Shown: piece by piece, positions 62,278-64,000 of the stretch
How positions within the stretch are numbered: position 1 is the stretch's first letter
Layout of the letters: each line of letters opens with the position of its first letter
Assembly (NCBI GenBank): GCA_002245135.1
Contig: NGBS01000001.1
Span: forward strand, 124,001 to 188,000
Length of the DNA stretch: 64,000 nucleotides
Direction of reading: 5' to 3'
Source: Proteromonas lacertae
Taxonomy: Eukaryota
Notes under the pieces: generated by a model
What the model was told of the DNA's origin: nothing
Database searches by the model: none
What the model saw: the letters and a program-made list of their open reading frames with translations, nothing else
Made by a program: the position numbers and the translations under genes

Positions 62278-64000
62278 ATGGTTTTATCTGCAAAACCCCT
62301 TTGGAAAGCAATATATGATGATTTAGTTGCTATACTGTGTTACTTTATTGAATATATTATATAGATATCATCCTATTCTTTCTGATTGTCGAAAGAACAT
62401 TCTTTGTTCTCCTGTCCTAAAGTCAATATTAGGTCAGGTGCATTTAATCATTGAGTATTTATAATAATTCAGTATATTATAGTAAAATAATTACAGATGA
62501 GAATAATTTGAATAGTTTATTGAAAAAAGAAGGATTTCTAGATGAATTAATGTATAATCAAATGCATGAATGGTTAAATCAAATCAATAATTTAATAAAT
62601 TCACTAATTCAACCTACAGATTATGAAATTTTATTTGATTGTACTAAAAAGTTAATGAAGAGAATTGAAGCTGCATTTACTGATAATAGTTCAGAATCAT
62701 TGTGTTTGGTTATATATGCATGTTGTAAAACGTAAGAAATAGCATGTTTATCTTATATTCATAGTTTATTCTCTTTCTTTCAAACAATAACTGATGAAAA
62801 AATGTTATTAGCTTTATCAACTGTATACACTACAACAACACCCTTTCCAAATTGGTTAAATCGATTAGAAACTTCATTATTTCCAGATTGTGAAGATAAT
62901 ATAAATGAATTGAGAAAAATAATTCATGAAATCTATTTCTTTATCAATCAACAACCTTATAAGTTATATGAATCAATTCCATTGAATTATTTCTCATCAG
63001 ATTTTGATGAAACAATGACTATTATTGATACTGTCGTATAATTATTATATTTTTGGTATAGGAAACAATAATGCGTTATTATTTAGATGAAGAACCAGAA
63101 AAAGGACAAAAATGGATAGAATTAGTCCAGAATTATATTACTCAACTAGAAAATTTCGAAAAGAGTTATGTAAAACCACCCAAAGATACTTCGTTTTCTA
63201 TTGATACATTAATAGAATATTTCAATAAAAGAGAGAAAATGGAATATGATTTAGTAGATCCAGTCGTAAAGAGTAATTTATTAAAAGGAATAGGAATGTC
63301 AACATTTATTGATTTGTCTGATAGAATATCCTTTTTATTATTATTATTATTATATTCATTTAGTATATATTTAATTCTGCTTGTAAGTTAGATTCCATCC
63401 TAATTGCTTAGAAACATTTAAACTATTACATTCAATGAAAATTACACCTCATATAATCAGTGTAAATTGGGCTAAGAATTGTATTAAAGTTCCATTAGAA
63501 AGAAGAAATATCACAGACTTCATTGTTTCATCCTGTGATTTGTTATTTGATAAAGAAAATCTTTCAACAGGAGATATTACTAAAGATATGTTGAGTGGTA
63601 TTGATAAAGTAAGAGAAATGAATAAGTATTGAATATATTCAATAACATTATTATTGTATAGAGTATTGGATAAAAACAAACCTGGTTTGTCAGTGTACAT
63701 TGGTGATGGATCGACTGATGTTTTACCTGCATTAGAAACTGATATTGGAATAATCATCTACAAATCTGAAAATCCTAGTATAATCAGTTTTTGTAATGAT
63801 TTTCATATTGAATTAAAACCATTATACAACTGTAATAGAGACAATATAAAGAAGGATAGTAATAAACCAGTATTGTATTATGTACATTCGTGGTCTGAAA
63901 TTGGTTGGTTTTTATTTGGATCAAAGTACAGTCAATATATTCAAGGTTATGAATGGATATACAATATTCCAAGAATGTTAATCATTGCTGGAAGTGATAG
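62278..64000 (+). CDS. Thiamine-metabolism fusion: degenerate TenA-like + HAD phosphatase (TH2-like) + start of ThiD HMP(-P) kinase; 3'-truncated
   Basis: HAD motifs DFDETMTIIDT, HIISVNW, YIGDGSTDVLPALETDIGII, LYYVHSWSEI. The frame stays open to the window end as IPRMLIIAGSD(S), the ThiD N-terminal motif. Confidence 0.8.
63326..63386 (+). other. U12-type AT-AA intron (61 nt)
   Basis: ATATCCTTTT..ATATTTAAT-tctgcttgtAA|G; phase 0; gives LKGIGMSTFIDLSDR|VRFHPNCLETF in frame with ORF 63435. Confidence 0.75.

Noticed and set aside
63316..63391. GT-AG alternative to the AT-AA intron
   Set aside because: It is in frame but has a poor donor (GTCTGA), is unusually long, deletes SDRVR and ignores a perfect U12 donor. 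Disfavoured, but not excluded without RNA data.
1..64000. Fragmented ORFs suggesting stop-codon reassignment or mass pseudogenisation
   Set aside because: The stops fall inside short introns (ORF tails like VYIYI are intron read-through). Long exons are stop-free, and genes end in TAA, TAG or TGA.
1..64000. Stop codons completed by polyadenylation (Blastocystis-type)
   Set aside because: Every complete gene I reconstructed has a genomic stop codon, so no case is supported here.

Overview
Very AT-rich, gene-dense eukaryotic (protist) DNA in the standard genetic code. I count roughly 110 short introns by eye, mostly 25-45 nt GT-AG, which fragment the ORF track. Tiny introns, G/T-rich TGTTT(G/T)TT-like motifs just after stop codons and a giant He_PIG surface protein suggest an anaerobic gut stramenopile of the Blastocystis/Proteromonas type (inference only). 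About 22 genes were rebuilt by manual splicing: an IBR+RING+TC (MYCBP2-type) E3 ligase, TPX2, an acylated CBM26 protein, a PDRG1-like prefoldin, ATP-PFK, two small C4 zinc-finger paralogues, Erv1, a probable mitochondrial protein, SNRNP48 (U11-48K), an EamA transporter, a ~16 kb ASH/PapD-repeat gene, a 2597-aa intronless surface protein, a BARD1/BRCA1-like RING-BRCT protein, Nab2/ZC3H14, RPB12, a PH protein, a DDB1/RSE1-like propeller, a glyoxalase-like protein, SWI3/SMARCC, two tandem FPP-synthase paralogues, separase and a TenA-HAD-ThiD fusion that runs off the window. The main finding is five short (50-67 nt) AT-initiated U12-type introns in four genes. Each has a U12-like donor (ATATC[C/T/A]TTT) and branch site (TTCTTTAAT-like) and restores the reading frame. 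Two end in AC, and three end in the non-canonical AA with the same TGTAA|G junction. A minor-spliceosome protein gene lies in the same window.
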